17,470 nt of DNA from Fidelibacterota bacterium (lineage in GTDB: Bacteria; Fidelibacterota; Marinisomatia; Marinisomatales; TCS56), in contig JBDRBK010000059.1 in the NCBI GenBank assembly GCA_043822705.1, positions 1-17,470 of the forward strand. Direction: 5' to 3'. The position numbers were made by a program, and so were the translations under genes. Every line of letters starts with the position of its first letter. Within the stretch, counting starts at the first letter, position 1. Shown one piece after another: positions 7,076-14,833 of this stretch. The notes beneath the pieces are model-generated. The model was not told the DNA's origin. It searched no databases and saw nothing but the letters and a program-made list of their open reading frames with translations.

Positions 7076-8449
7076 TCAAGTCAAATTGTATTTTTTCATT
7101 TTATATCTGATCTGGTCGCGGGTCAGGCCCAGCAGACGAGCGGCACGCGATTGATTATTGTTCTCGCGCTGGAGTGCCCAGGCTACAATTTCATTTTCAA
7201 TTTCCGACCAGGTTTTACCCTTGAAATATTCATCCAGGATCGCGTGATCAACCACCGGGGCTCCGTTGCGGAAATGATTTTGGATGTGTTGCGGCAGATG
7301 CCAGACCGAAATCCGCTCCGGTTTTTCCAGCAGGAAAATCCGTTCCAGAGTATTTTTCAATTCCCGGATATTCCCCGGCCAGTCATACCGGTTCAGCATA
7401 TCTTGGGCGGCCTTGTCGATTCCGGTCACGTGCAGATTCAATTCCGAATTGAAGCGCTCAATGAATTTGCTGGTCAAATCCGAAACATCCTCCAGGCGTT
7501 CGCGCAGCGGCGGAATCGTCAACGAAATCACATTCAGACGGAAATACAAATCTTCGCGAAACGTTCCCGATTCCATCTCCTGGCGCAAGTCGCGATTGGT
7601 CGATGCGATAATCCTGACATTGACCTTCAATTCACGTACGCCGCCGACCCGGTAAAAAGACTGGGTCTCGATAAAACGTAGCAATTTGGCCTGAAAACCG
7701 ATCGGGATTTCACCGATCTCGTCCAGGTAAACAGAACCGCCGTCGGCCAGCTCGATCTGACCATGCTTCCGCGCCTTGGCATCGGTAAAGGCGCCTTTTT
7801 CATAACCAAACAGTTCACTTTCCAGCAGGTGCTCCGACAGCGAGGCGCAATTGACGATCACGAATGGTTTGTTCTGACGCAGCCCGTGTTCATGAACCAG
7901 GCGTGCCAGCATATCTTTCCCGGTACCGGTCTCTCCCAGAAGCAGGATGGTACCGGTATCGGTCTGTCGTAATTTACGGATCGTGCTCATTACTTCGCGC
8001 ATCCGAGGGGAGTGACTGACATAACTTCCCAGGCGAATTTCCTGGTCGCCGCGATGCTCAAGGATGCTGATTTTCTGGCTTTTCTCCCGCTCCTTGAAGG
8101 CCATTTCGATCAAAACCGTAACTTCGTCGAAGTTGACCGGTTTGTTCAGGTAGCGAAATGCCCCCAGACGCATAGCCTCCACCGCCACCTTATCGGTACC
8201 ATAGGCGGTCATGAAAAAAAATACCGTTTCGTTCCGGATACCCTGCAATTCCCGCAGGATATCGATACCATTCATGTCCGGCAAACGAAAATCCACAAAT
8301 AATACGTCCGGCGGATCCTGCAGGGCATGCGTCACGCCCTGGCCGCCATATTCGGTGATTGTTATTTCAAACCCAATTTTCTTCAAGTGTTCCTGGAGCG
8401 ACCAGGACACCAATTTTTCATCCTCGATTATCAAGGCGCGCAGATTCAT
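7076..8449 (-). CDS. NtrC/AtoC-family sigma54-dependent response regulator (REC, AAA+, Fis-type HTH)
   Basis: 457 aa. REC (IIEDE, VDFRLPDMNG, MTAYG, LNKP), Walker A GETGTGKD, ESELFGYEKGAFTDA, Walker B YLDEIGE, FREDLYFRLNV, WPGNIRELKN, HTH NQSRAARLLGLTR. Confidence 0.97.
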   Translation of the reverse strand: MNLRALIIEDEKLVSWSLQEHLKKIGFEITITEYGGQGVTHALQDPPDVLFVDFRLPDMNGIDILRELQGIRNETVFFFMTAYGTDKVAVEAMRLGAFRYLNKPVNFDEVTVLIEMAFKEREKSQKISILEHRGDQEIRLGSYVSHSPRMREVMSTIRKLRQTDTGTILLLGETGTGKDMLARLVHEHGLRQNKPFVIVNCASLSEHLLESELFGYEKGAFTDAKARKHGQIELADGGSVYLDEIGEIPIGFQAKLLRFIETQSFYRVGGVRELKVNVRIIASTNRDLRQEMESGTFREDLYFRLNVISLTIPPLRERLEDVSDLTSKFIERFNSELNLHVTGIDKAAQDMLNRYDWPGNIRELKNTLERIFLLEKPERISVWHLPQHIQNHFRNGAPVVDHAILDEYFKGKTWSEIENEIVAWALQRENNNQSRAARLLGLTRDQIRYKMKKYNLT

Positions 8450-8450
8450 T

Positions 8451-9965
8451 TTAATTTTCCTTCAAAGGACGGATCGGCAGCTCCACCGTAAAACAGGTTG
8501 ACCATTTCCAGTCATTGCTGTCGACAAGAATTCGACCGCCGTGGCTTTCAACGATCGCGAGTGACAGTGACAAACCCAGGCCTGTTCCTTTATGTTTGGT
8601 AGTAAAAAATGGTTTGAATATCTGTTGGCGGTTTTCCGTCGGTATCCAGCTGCCAGTGTTCTTGAATGAGATACGCACGATATCTGCAACAGAGTCGAAT
8701 TCGGTACCGATATCGATCCGGGGATTACGTGTTCCGCTGGTCGCCTGATAAGCATTCAACAGCAAATTGACAAAGACCTGCTTGAGTTGCTCGGGATCGC
8801 CTTCGATGGTCAATCCGCCGGTCAGAAAATTCTCCCTCAACTCAATTCCATCGCTAGCAATCTGCTGCCGGTGCAGACTGATTATCTGGTCCAGCGTCTG
8901 TTCCAGGTCCAGAGCCCGAAAATGTGGTTTCGAAGGTTTGGCGAAATCCATCAAATCCTGGACCGTTTTCAGCACGCGGTCAGCCTGTGATACCATTTCG
9001 GCGACAATTACCTCCCATTGCTCATTAAAAATGTGATTCTGGCGGCCCTTGAAAATTTCCAGCGCATTCCTTATCCCGGAAACCGGGTTCTTGATCTCGT
9101 GCGCCACGCTGGCAGCCAGCTCACCGATGCTGGCCAGTTGTCCGGCGCGATTGATCTGCCGGTGATGCAATTCATCGATTTCTGACCGATTCTGTTCCAG
9201 CTTGGCGGTCATGTTATTGATGGCACCGGCTAATCGCGACAGTTCCCCGCGGGTTCGCAGATCGATTCGCGTCGACAGATCCCCCGCTTCGATCCGCGCG
9301 ATCCCGGCCTGAATCCGGTATAACGGTTTTTGAAATACCTGCTGATGCAGCAGGCTGATTACCAGCGTTATCAATATCAGGAACAGGGAGTAAACCGCAA
9401 AATCCAATTTCAGAAATGTGGCCTGCGTACCGGCGCCGACCGCATTGGTCAGATCGATCGCCAGGTATCCCAGATGCGTCTGCACGGCTTCGTGACAGGC
9501 ATGGCAGTCGGGCTCGTTGACGATGCTGGTAAGCATGCGGATATCGGCGGACGATTCGGCCGGTAATCTGAAAATCCTGTGATCACTAACCGGGATACCA
9601 GCATCTATCATCTCCCGGTTGTCGATCAATTGGCCCAATTCCGTATTATCGTTACTGAATTTGATAACCTGATTCCCATCCAGCACGCGGATATGCCGAA
9701 TCTCCTCGGACACTTTGATATCCGCCAGCAGCGACTGGCAATGCCGGGCCGAATGATTGCGCATATCATGACGAATCTGGGCATCGATCAGGGACTCCAA
9801 TGGTTTTAACAGCTCCAGCCGGTATTCACGAAACATGTCGCCACGGATTTTATAAACCGCCAGCATGGCACCACTGCCGGCAATAAATACCGAAAACAGA
9901 ACCATCACGATCAGTTTATCGCGCCAGCGCAATTTTCTCAGCAGGGGTATCCCGGCAATTTTCAT
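8451..9965 (-). CDS. Membrane sensor histidine kinase with periplasmic heme c-binding domain, HAMP, HisKA and HATPase
   Basis: 504 aa. Two TMs flank a periplasmic domain containing IVNEPDCHACH. HAMP (GDLSTRI..GELSRLAGAINNM), H-box VAHEIKNPV, N-box QVFVNLLLNA, FKPFFTTK, GTGLGLS. Confidence 0.95.
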   Translation of the reverse strand: MKIAGIPLLRKLRWRDKLIVMVLFSVFIAGSGAMLAVYKIRGDMFREYRLELLKPLESLIDAQIRHDMRNHSARHCQSLLADIKVSEEIRHIRVLDGNQVIKFSNDNTELGQLIDNREMIDAGIPVSDHRIFRLPAESSADIRMLTSIVNEPDCHACHEAVQTHLGYLAIDLTNAVGAGTQATFLKLDFAVYSLFLILITLVISLLHQQVFQKPLYRIQAGIARIEAGDLSTRIDLRTRGELSRLAGAINNMTAKLEQNRSEIDELHHRQINRAGQLASIGELAASVAHEIKNPVSGIRNALEIFKGRQNHIFNEQWEVIVAEMVSQADRVLKTVQDLMDFAKPSKPHFRALDLEQTLDQIISLHRQQIASDGIELRENFLTGGLTIEGDPEQLKQVFVNLLLNAYQATSGTRNPRIDIGTEFDSVADIVRISFKNTGSWIPTENRQQIFKPFFTTKHKGTGLGLSLSLAIVESHGGRILVDSNDWKWSTCFTVELPIRPLKEN

Positions 9966-9969
9966 CTAA

Positions 9970-10929
9970 TCAGGGCAGAAATGTCGGCGCCAGTTTACTG
10001 GCGGCCTGTTCGGAAGATTGACGGTATTCCCGGGCGGCTTCTTCAGTCCGGCCCAGTGCTTCCATAATGCGCCCCCGCCAGTAATGAATCCGGTACATTT
10101 CCGGCAGGGCGTGTATGCCGTACAAATATTTTTCCGCCACTTCGATTTCGCCCCGGTTGAAGGCAATCAGACCCAGCCCCAGTTGGCCGTACTGGGCGCC
10201 GTTTGGATCGTCCAACAGATGCTGAAAAATCTCCTCGGCGGCACTGAAATCTTCCAGTTTGAGATAAATGAAACCCTTTAAAACCTGGCCTTTCACCGAC
10301 AGTGAATCCAATCCATCGAGCTGCCCCAGGGCCAGTTGGTAGCGAAAACGATAATATAATTTCCGGGCCAGCGATTCCTTGCGCAGGCGTTGTTTTTCAG
10401 CGGCTGCAAAAGCTACTTCCACTTCCGGGGGAAATAATTCCGGGAAAAATACCGCCAGCTCGGAATTCAACCCGCTGGCCGTCGCCGGCGTATAGCCGGG
10501 TAGATAACTGGCCAGACGACGGTCCGGCCCCAGCACAAAGATTGTCGGCAGGACCCGGACCCCGAATGTGTCGTACCAATGGTGGTCCGGATCGCCGATC
10601 CGATACCAGGCAGCGGCACGGTCCGTCTTAGCCGACGATCCGGTGACCACCTGGATAATGAAAATCCGATCGCGCAACGGTTTGGTCAGGACCGCTTTCA
10701 GGTCGCCTTCGATCCGGTCTGATAAACGCTGGTCGGCGCGGGTAAACACCAGCAGCAGGACGGCGTCGGGGGCCGGTGACTTGACAGCGTCGCTCAACAG
10801 TGACTGCAACAGGGTATCCGGAAGCGCCTCCCCGATACTCCAGACCCGGCCGGCGGTCGCCTTATCCTGAGCCCCTGCCAGTCCGCCGACGATCAGCAAG
10901 ACCAGCAGCAGTCTGATTCTAGCGGACAT
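9970..10929 (-). CDS. Exported thioredoxin-like-fold (no CxxC) plus TPR protein (319 aa from ATG 10929)
   Basis: The ORF track starts at 11130, inside the upstream cytochrome gene. ATG 10929 overlaps that gene's stop and gives a clean signal peptide (MSARIRLLLVLLIVGGLAGA-QD). The N-half is redoxin-like (IGEALPD, LLLVF, FGVRVLPTIFVLGPD). The C-half has TPR-like repeats (KGFIYLKLEDFSAAEEIF, LGLIAFNRGEIEVA, YWRGRIMEALGRTEEA). Confidence 0.75.
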   Translation of the reverse strand: MSARIRLLLVLLIVGGLAGAQDKATAGRVWSIGEALPDTLLQSLLSDAVKSPAPDAVLLLVFTRADQRLSDRIEGDLKAVLTKPLRDRIFIIQVVTGSSAKTDRAAAWYRIGDPDHHWYDTFGVRVLPTIFVLGPDRRLASYLPGYTPATASGLNSELAVFFPELFPPEVEVAFAAAEKQRLRKESLARKLYYRFRYQLALGQLDGLDSLSVKGQVLKGFIYLKLEDFSAAEEIFQHLLDDPNGAQYGQLGLGLIAFNRGEIEVAEKYLYGIHALPEMYRIHYWRGRIMEALGRTEEAAREYRQSSEQAASKLAPTFLP

Positions 10930-12214
10930 ATTCTTCGTATTTGTGGCACCCCGGCAGACAGGTGCCACCGTTGCTGGTGGCTTTGAAATTAATCGGTAAT
11001 TCCCAACTGCCGAAAGGCACTGCTGTCCGAATATGGTAAGGCTGGTTCGAGGCGTGCGTCTCATGACAGGCACGGCAGGTCCGGCCCTTGGTCCGGTTGA
11101 CATGCAGGAAATGCATGTTGTTCTGGCCATCGCGGAAATTGGTCATGGTGGTCGTCAGCGGGTCCTGCAGGTTTTCCGGTGGGTGACATTCGATACACAA
11201 CTGGTACTTCTCGAAATCGAATTCGCTGTAGAATTCCTTGGGATAATAATGCCGCAACAGCCGAAAATTGCCGGAACCGTGCGGTTCGTGGCAGCCGCTG
11301 CAGTCGCGGTCCTTGATCGGCCCGTGCCAGTTCTTGCTGCCTTTCAGCAGTTCATCGATCCCGGGGACCGCTATCTTGCCCCGCTTGACCGCCTGATCGT
11401 GACAACTCAGGCAGAGATCGAACGAATTGGATCTCAGGTTCCAACTGAAATTCGAACCGTGTGAATTGTGGCAGTTGTAGCAGGATAACTGGTCCTCGAC
11501 GGCTTCATGATGCGAATCGGCGCCGGCGATGATTCCCTGAATGTTGCCATGACATTCGAAACAGAGTTCCGGTGTGGTGGAAAGCAATTGAAACCGGTAA
11601 GCGCTGCTGTGGGGATCGTGGCAGCCGGAACAGGATTCGGCCACCGGCGCGTGAATATTGGCCAGCGCATTGATTTCCTCCTTTTTCATTTCATGGCAAT
11701 CATAACAGGCGGCGTTGACGCCATCGAATTTGAGCAGCCCCTGCCCCAGTTTTCCATGACTGGAATGGCAGACATCGCAGGCTCCCACGGCCACCGGTCC
11801 ATGGATGTATTTGTCCCCGGTCCCACCGGTATCGTGGCACTGATTACAGACTTCCCCGGCGGTCGCTCCTTTCAACATATCGGCCTGATCGCCCTGATGC
11901 GGATCGTGGCAGGCGGTACATTCGCCTTCGGCCACCGGCGGATGCTGATCGGCCTCGTCCAGGGGAGCATCGTGGCAGCCGGTACACAATTCGGCCACGG
12001 TACCGGCCAGGACCATTTCACTGCCTTTGCCGCCCGGATGTTTCTTCTTATCCTGCACGTGACAGACTCCGCAATCGCGCTCCTCTACCGGCAGGTGGGT
12101 TACTTTTTTCTGGAATAATTCCGCGTGGCAGCCGCCGGTTACGCAGTCCTGGGACCACAAACCGGCACTGAAAAAAATCAGCAGGACCGCCAGTCGCTGG
12201 GCAGTTTTATGCAT
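10919..12214 (-). CDS. Periplasmic multiheme cytochrome c with doubled-CxxCH repeats; 13 CxxCH + CX4CH + CX3CH (15 hemes possible), 431 aa
   Basis: Start moved from 12274 to ATG 12214 (GGGGA upstream, signal MHKTAQRLAVLLIFFSAGLWS-QD). Repeating unit HxPVxxGxCxxCHxxH...LCxxCH. Motifs counted by hand. Confidence 0.93.
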   Translation of the reverse strand: MHKTAQRLAVLLIFFSAGLWSQDCVTGGCHAELFQKKVTHLPVEERDCGVCHVQDKKKHPGGKGSEMVLAGTVAELCTGCHDAPLDEADQHPPVAEGECTACHDPHQGDQADMLKGATAGEVCNQCHDTGGTGDKYIHGPVAVGACDVCHSSHGKLGQGLLKFDGVNAACYDCHEMKKEEINALANIHAPVAESCSGCHDPHSSAYRFQLLSTTPELCFECHGNIQGIIAGADSHHEAVEDQLSCYNCHNSHGSNFSWNLRSNSFDLCLSCHDQAVKRGKIAVPGIDELLKGSKNWHGPIKDRDCSGCHEPHGSGNFRLLRHYYPKEFYSEFDFEKYQLCIECHPPENLQDPLTTTMTNFRDGQNNMHFLHVNRTKGRTCRACHETHASNQPYHIRTAVPFGSWELPINFKATSNGGTCLPGCHKYEEYVR

Positions 12215-12240
12215 TGGTTTCCCCGTAATTGAATTAAGCA

Positions 12241-13872
12241 CTAATGGATTTCTCCGTGACAGGTCAGGTAACATCTTAATTTTCTTGGATTGGCATCATC
12301 GAATAGGATCTGGCCGCCGCTACCGGCAGTGACATAATCCGGATTGAAATTTATCAACCGGGAATTATTGTATGATCCGTGGGGATCATGACAAGTCGTG
12401 CAACTGGTCTGGTTAGTCTCAACATGCAGCCGGTGCCGGATAAAACTCTGGTTCCCCAAAATACTGTTCCGGTCATGGCACCGATAGCACAATTCATAAA
12501 TCGTGGCGCTCTCAATATTATAGTCGTCAAATACCATCTGGCCCGCCAGCAGCGGTGCATAGTTGGAACCGTGAGGGCCGGCCGGTCCGGTGCCGACTCC
12601 GGCCTCGTCATTGCCATGACAATCACTACAGTAGATCAGGGAGTTCTCGGTGTAGGGTGTGATAAGGCTGGGACAACTGGAATTTTTTCCGGCCCCGAAA
12701 ACCGGATGGTAGGACGGATTGGTTTCGGCATATTCCAGACGGATACTGTTCTGGGCATCGACGCGCGCTACGTAAGTCGGAATCGACGGGATTACCGTGG
12801 CGTGACATTTCAGGCACACCTCATATTCATAAGTGACCGTAGTAACGGTGTTGCCGTTTTTATCGATACCGCCGACACCGGTCAAACACCCGGGGACATC
12901 CGGCGGCGTGGCGACGGTGGAATTGGCCTGGTGCGGGGCGTGGCAATCGCTGCATTCGACATGCAGCGACATGGTGGCCGGATCCTCACCCGGCAGGTGA
13001 ATCGAATTATAATCCGCCACCGGATGAGTCGATGATTTCAGCAGGGTCGCCTGGACATTTTTCGCGGCCACATTTCCGTTGTGGCAGACCAGGCAATTAT
13101 CCTCTTCGGCACTGGATTTCAACAGCCAGTAGGTGCTGGAGGCGCCGTGGGAAGTATGACAGTTATTACAACCGTTGGCCGCAACCGTGGTCCAGTCTGT
13201 ATACGGCCAGGGGTCGGGCAATGAACTGTTCCAGGTGGCGCTGGAAGTGTTGTGAATAGCGGCGCTCCAGCCGGTCTGAACGTGACATTGCAGACAGATG
13301 CCGCCATTGAGCGGGTCGACTTTTAGGAAGTGACCGTAGGTGTTATCATGGGCGTCGTGGCAGGAAGTGCATTCCAGGTTGCTGGTGGTGCCGGACTGGC
13401 TGTCATGACAACCGGTACAGGTATATCCGTCGGGATGGGTATCGATATTCAGGGGATGGTCGTCACCCAGATCATCGGAAAGGTTGCTGCGGTAGGTGAC
13501 AGGAATCTTATCGAAACCGACCGGGAAGGCGATCGGGTCGACCCGGTTCAGGACCGATCCCAGGGCGACTGTCCCGTCGTGGCAACTGAGACAGAGCCGG
13601 GATGTCGTCAGCGGCTGCTGGGTGCTGGCATCCATGGAAGGGCTGCCATACAATGTATAAGTAGCTGTGTTGTCGGAACGGTTCCACAACGGCGCCGTGG
13701 CCGAGCTGTTATGGGTGGTGTGGCAGAAAATACAGATACCGGTCTCGCTGGTGGCCTTGATCGCACCGGTTCCCAGCACCGACAGATTGTGTTTGGATGT
13801 AGCGATACTGCCCTGCCCCCAGAGCAGGGTCGCCGTTCCCAGGGCCAGCAGTCCGGTAATAATTCTATTCAT
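12241..13872 (-). CDS. Secreted multiheme cytochrome c with N-terminal OmcE-like module; 12 CxxCH + C-terminal CX3CH (13 hemes possible)
   Basis: 543 aa, signal peptide ending LLWG-Q. Motifs CIFCH, CLSCH, CTGCH, CTSCH, CLQCH, CNNCH, CLVCH, CSDCH, CLKCH, CSDCH, CYRCH, CTTCH, CYLTCH. The first ~195 aa align by eye with the 202-aa tetraheme. Confidence 0.93.
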   Translation of the reverse strand: MNRIITGLLALGTATLLWGQGSIATSKHNLSVLGTGAIKATSETGICIFCHTTHNSSATAPLWNRSDNTATYTLYGSPSMDASTQQPLTTSRLCLSCHDGTVALGSVLNRVDPIAFPVGFDKIPVTYRSNLSDDLGDDHPLNIDTHPDGYTCTGCHDSQSGTTSNLECTSCHDAHDNTYGHFLKVDPLNGGICLQCHVQTGWSAAIHNTSSATWNSSLPDPWPYTDWTTVAANGCNNCHTSHGASSTYWLLKSSAEEDNCLVCHNGNVAAKNVQATLLKSSTHPVADYNSIHLPGEDPATMSLHVECSDCHAPHQANSTVATPPDVPGCLTGVGGIDKNGNTVTTVTYEYEVCLKCHATVIPSIPTYVARVDAQNSIRLEYAETNPSYHPVFGAGKNSSCPSLITPYTENSLIYCSDCHGNDEAGVGTGPAGPHGSNYAPLLAGQMVFDDYNIESATIYELCYRCHDRNSILGNQSFIRHRLHVETNQTSCTTCHDPHGSYNNSRLINFNPDYVTAGSGGQILFDDANPRKLRCYLTCHGEIH

Positions 13873-14833
13873 ATAATTTCCGGAAAACCTGGATTCGGTT
13901 GTTCATCGTATCGGACACATAAATCAGGTCGCCATCGATGGCGATATCGGTTGGCATGTAAAACTGTCCCTGACCGCTGCCGGTGGCGCCGAAATGCATC
14001 AGGAAACTTCCGTCCGCAGCAAAAATCTGCACATTATCAAAACTGTTGTCGACAACATACAAACGCCGGGCTCCATCCACGGCCACCCCCTTGGGACGAT
14101 TTAACTGTCCGCCGCTCACGCCGGCAGCGCCGATGGTTGCCAGCCAGGTGCCAGCGGGACTGAAATTCTGGACCCGGAAATTCATGGTGTCGGAAATATA
14201 GATCGACCCGTCCGCTCCGACGGTGACAAAAGTCGGGTAATTCAGTGAACCCGCCGCCTGACCGCGGCCGCTGATCAGCCGCTTAACGACGCCGTTCGCC
14301 TGCCGGCGCAACACCTGGTGCCCCGGCGTATCGACCAGATACAGACCGCTGCCGGAACCGGCAATCCCGGTAAGCCGCTGGGCGTCGGCCGACAGATCGA
14401 GCCGGCCCCGATAATCACCGCCATAATCGAACACGAATGGATTTTGCGCCAGCGACGAGGTAACGAAAATCCGGTCTTCACTCAGACAGACATCCAGCGG
14501 CGCGAACAGGTGACTGACACCCGCCGCCGGCTCCAGGAAGACGGTGGTGCCGGCTTGCAGATTAATCAGGAACACACCCCCGGCACCGGGATCAGCAACT
14601 GCCAGATAGCCGTCACGAGCATCCACTCCCATCGGGCGCGCGAACTCACTCCTGACCGGCGGCCGGATCAGGTTCGTCAGGCGCTGCCACCAGTTCCGGT
14701 CGGCGTTAATCGCCGGCGGCTCAGCCAACACACGCTCGAGGACGATCCGCGTCGTATCCGGTGGGCGCGGCCAGAGCACCTGCTGGGCAGCTACCAGGTT
14801 GACCAGGATACAGCCGATCAGCGCGATCATCAT
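13865..14833 (-). CDS. Exported NHL-repeat beta-propeller protein (about 322 aa)
   Basis: NHL repeats LNYPTFVTVGADGSIYISDTMNFRVQNF, LNRPKGVAVDGARRLYVVDNSFDNVQIF, FYMPTDIAIDGDLIYVSDTMNNRIQVF; N-terminal LWPRPPDTTRI. Start placed at the ATGA overlap with the barrel gene stop (14833). ATG 14860 is an alternative; 14962 from the ORF track is unlikely. Confidence 0.9.
   Translation of the reverse strand: MMIALIGCILVNLVAAQQVLWPRPPDTTRIVLERVLAEPPAINADRNWWQRLTNLIRPPVRSEFARPMGVDARDGYLAVADPGAGGVFLINLQAGTTVFLEPAAGVSHLFAPLDVCLSEDRIFVTSSLAQNPFVFDYGGDYRGRLDLSADAQRLTGIAGSGSGLYLVDTPGHQVLRRQANGVVKRLISGRGQAAGSLNYPTFVTVGADGSIYISDTMNFRVQNFSPAGTWLATIGAAGVSGGQLNRPKGVAVDGARRLYVVDNSFDNVQIFAADGSFLMHFGATGSGQGQFYMPTDIAIDGDLIYVSDTMNNRIQVFRKLYE

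Noticed and set aside
7076..9965. Two-component pair as CusRS or ZraSR controlling the efflux pump
   Set aside because: The regulator is NtrC-type, not OmpR-type like CusR. The sensor carries a heme motif, and the pair is coupled to the cytochrome operon and separated from cus by another gene and a terminator.
10930..11130. ORF-track N-terminus of the Trx/TPR protein containing CISC (apparent CxxC)
   Set aside because: It is an off-frame reading of the upstream cytochrome gene. The signal peptide begins at ATG 10929, so this CxxC is not part of the protein.
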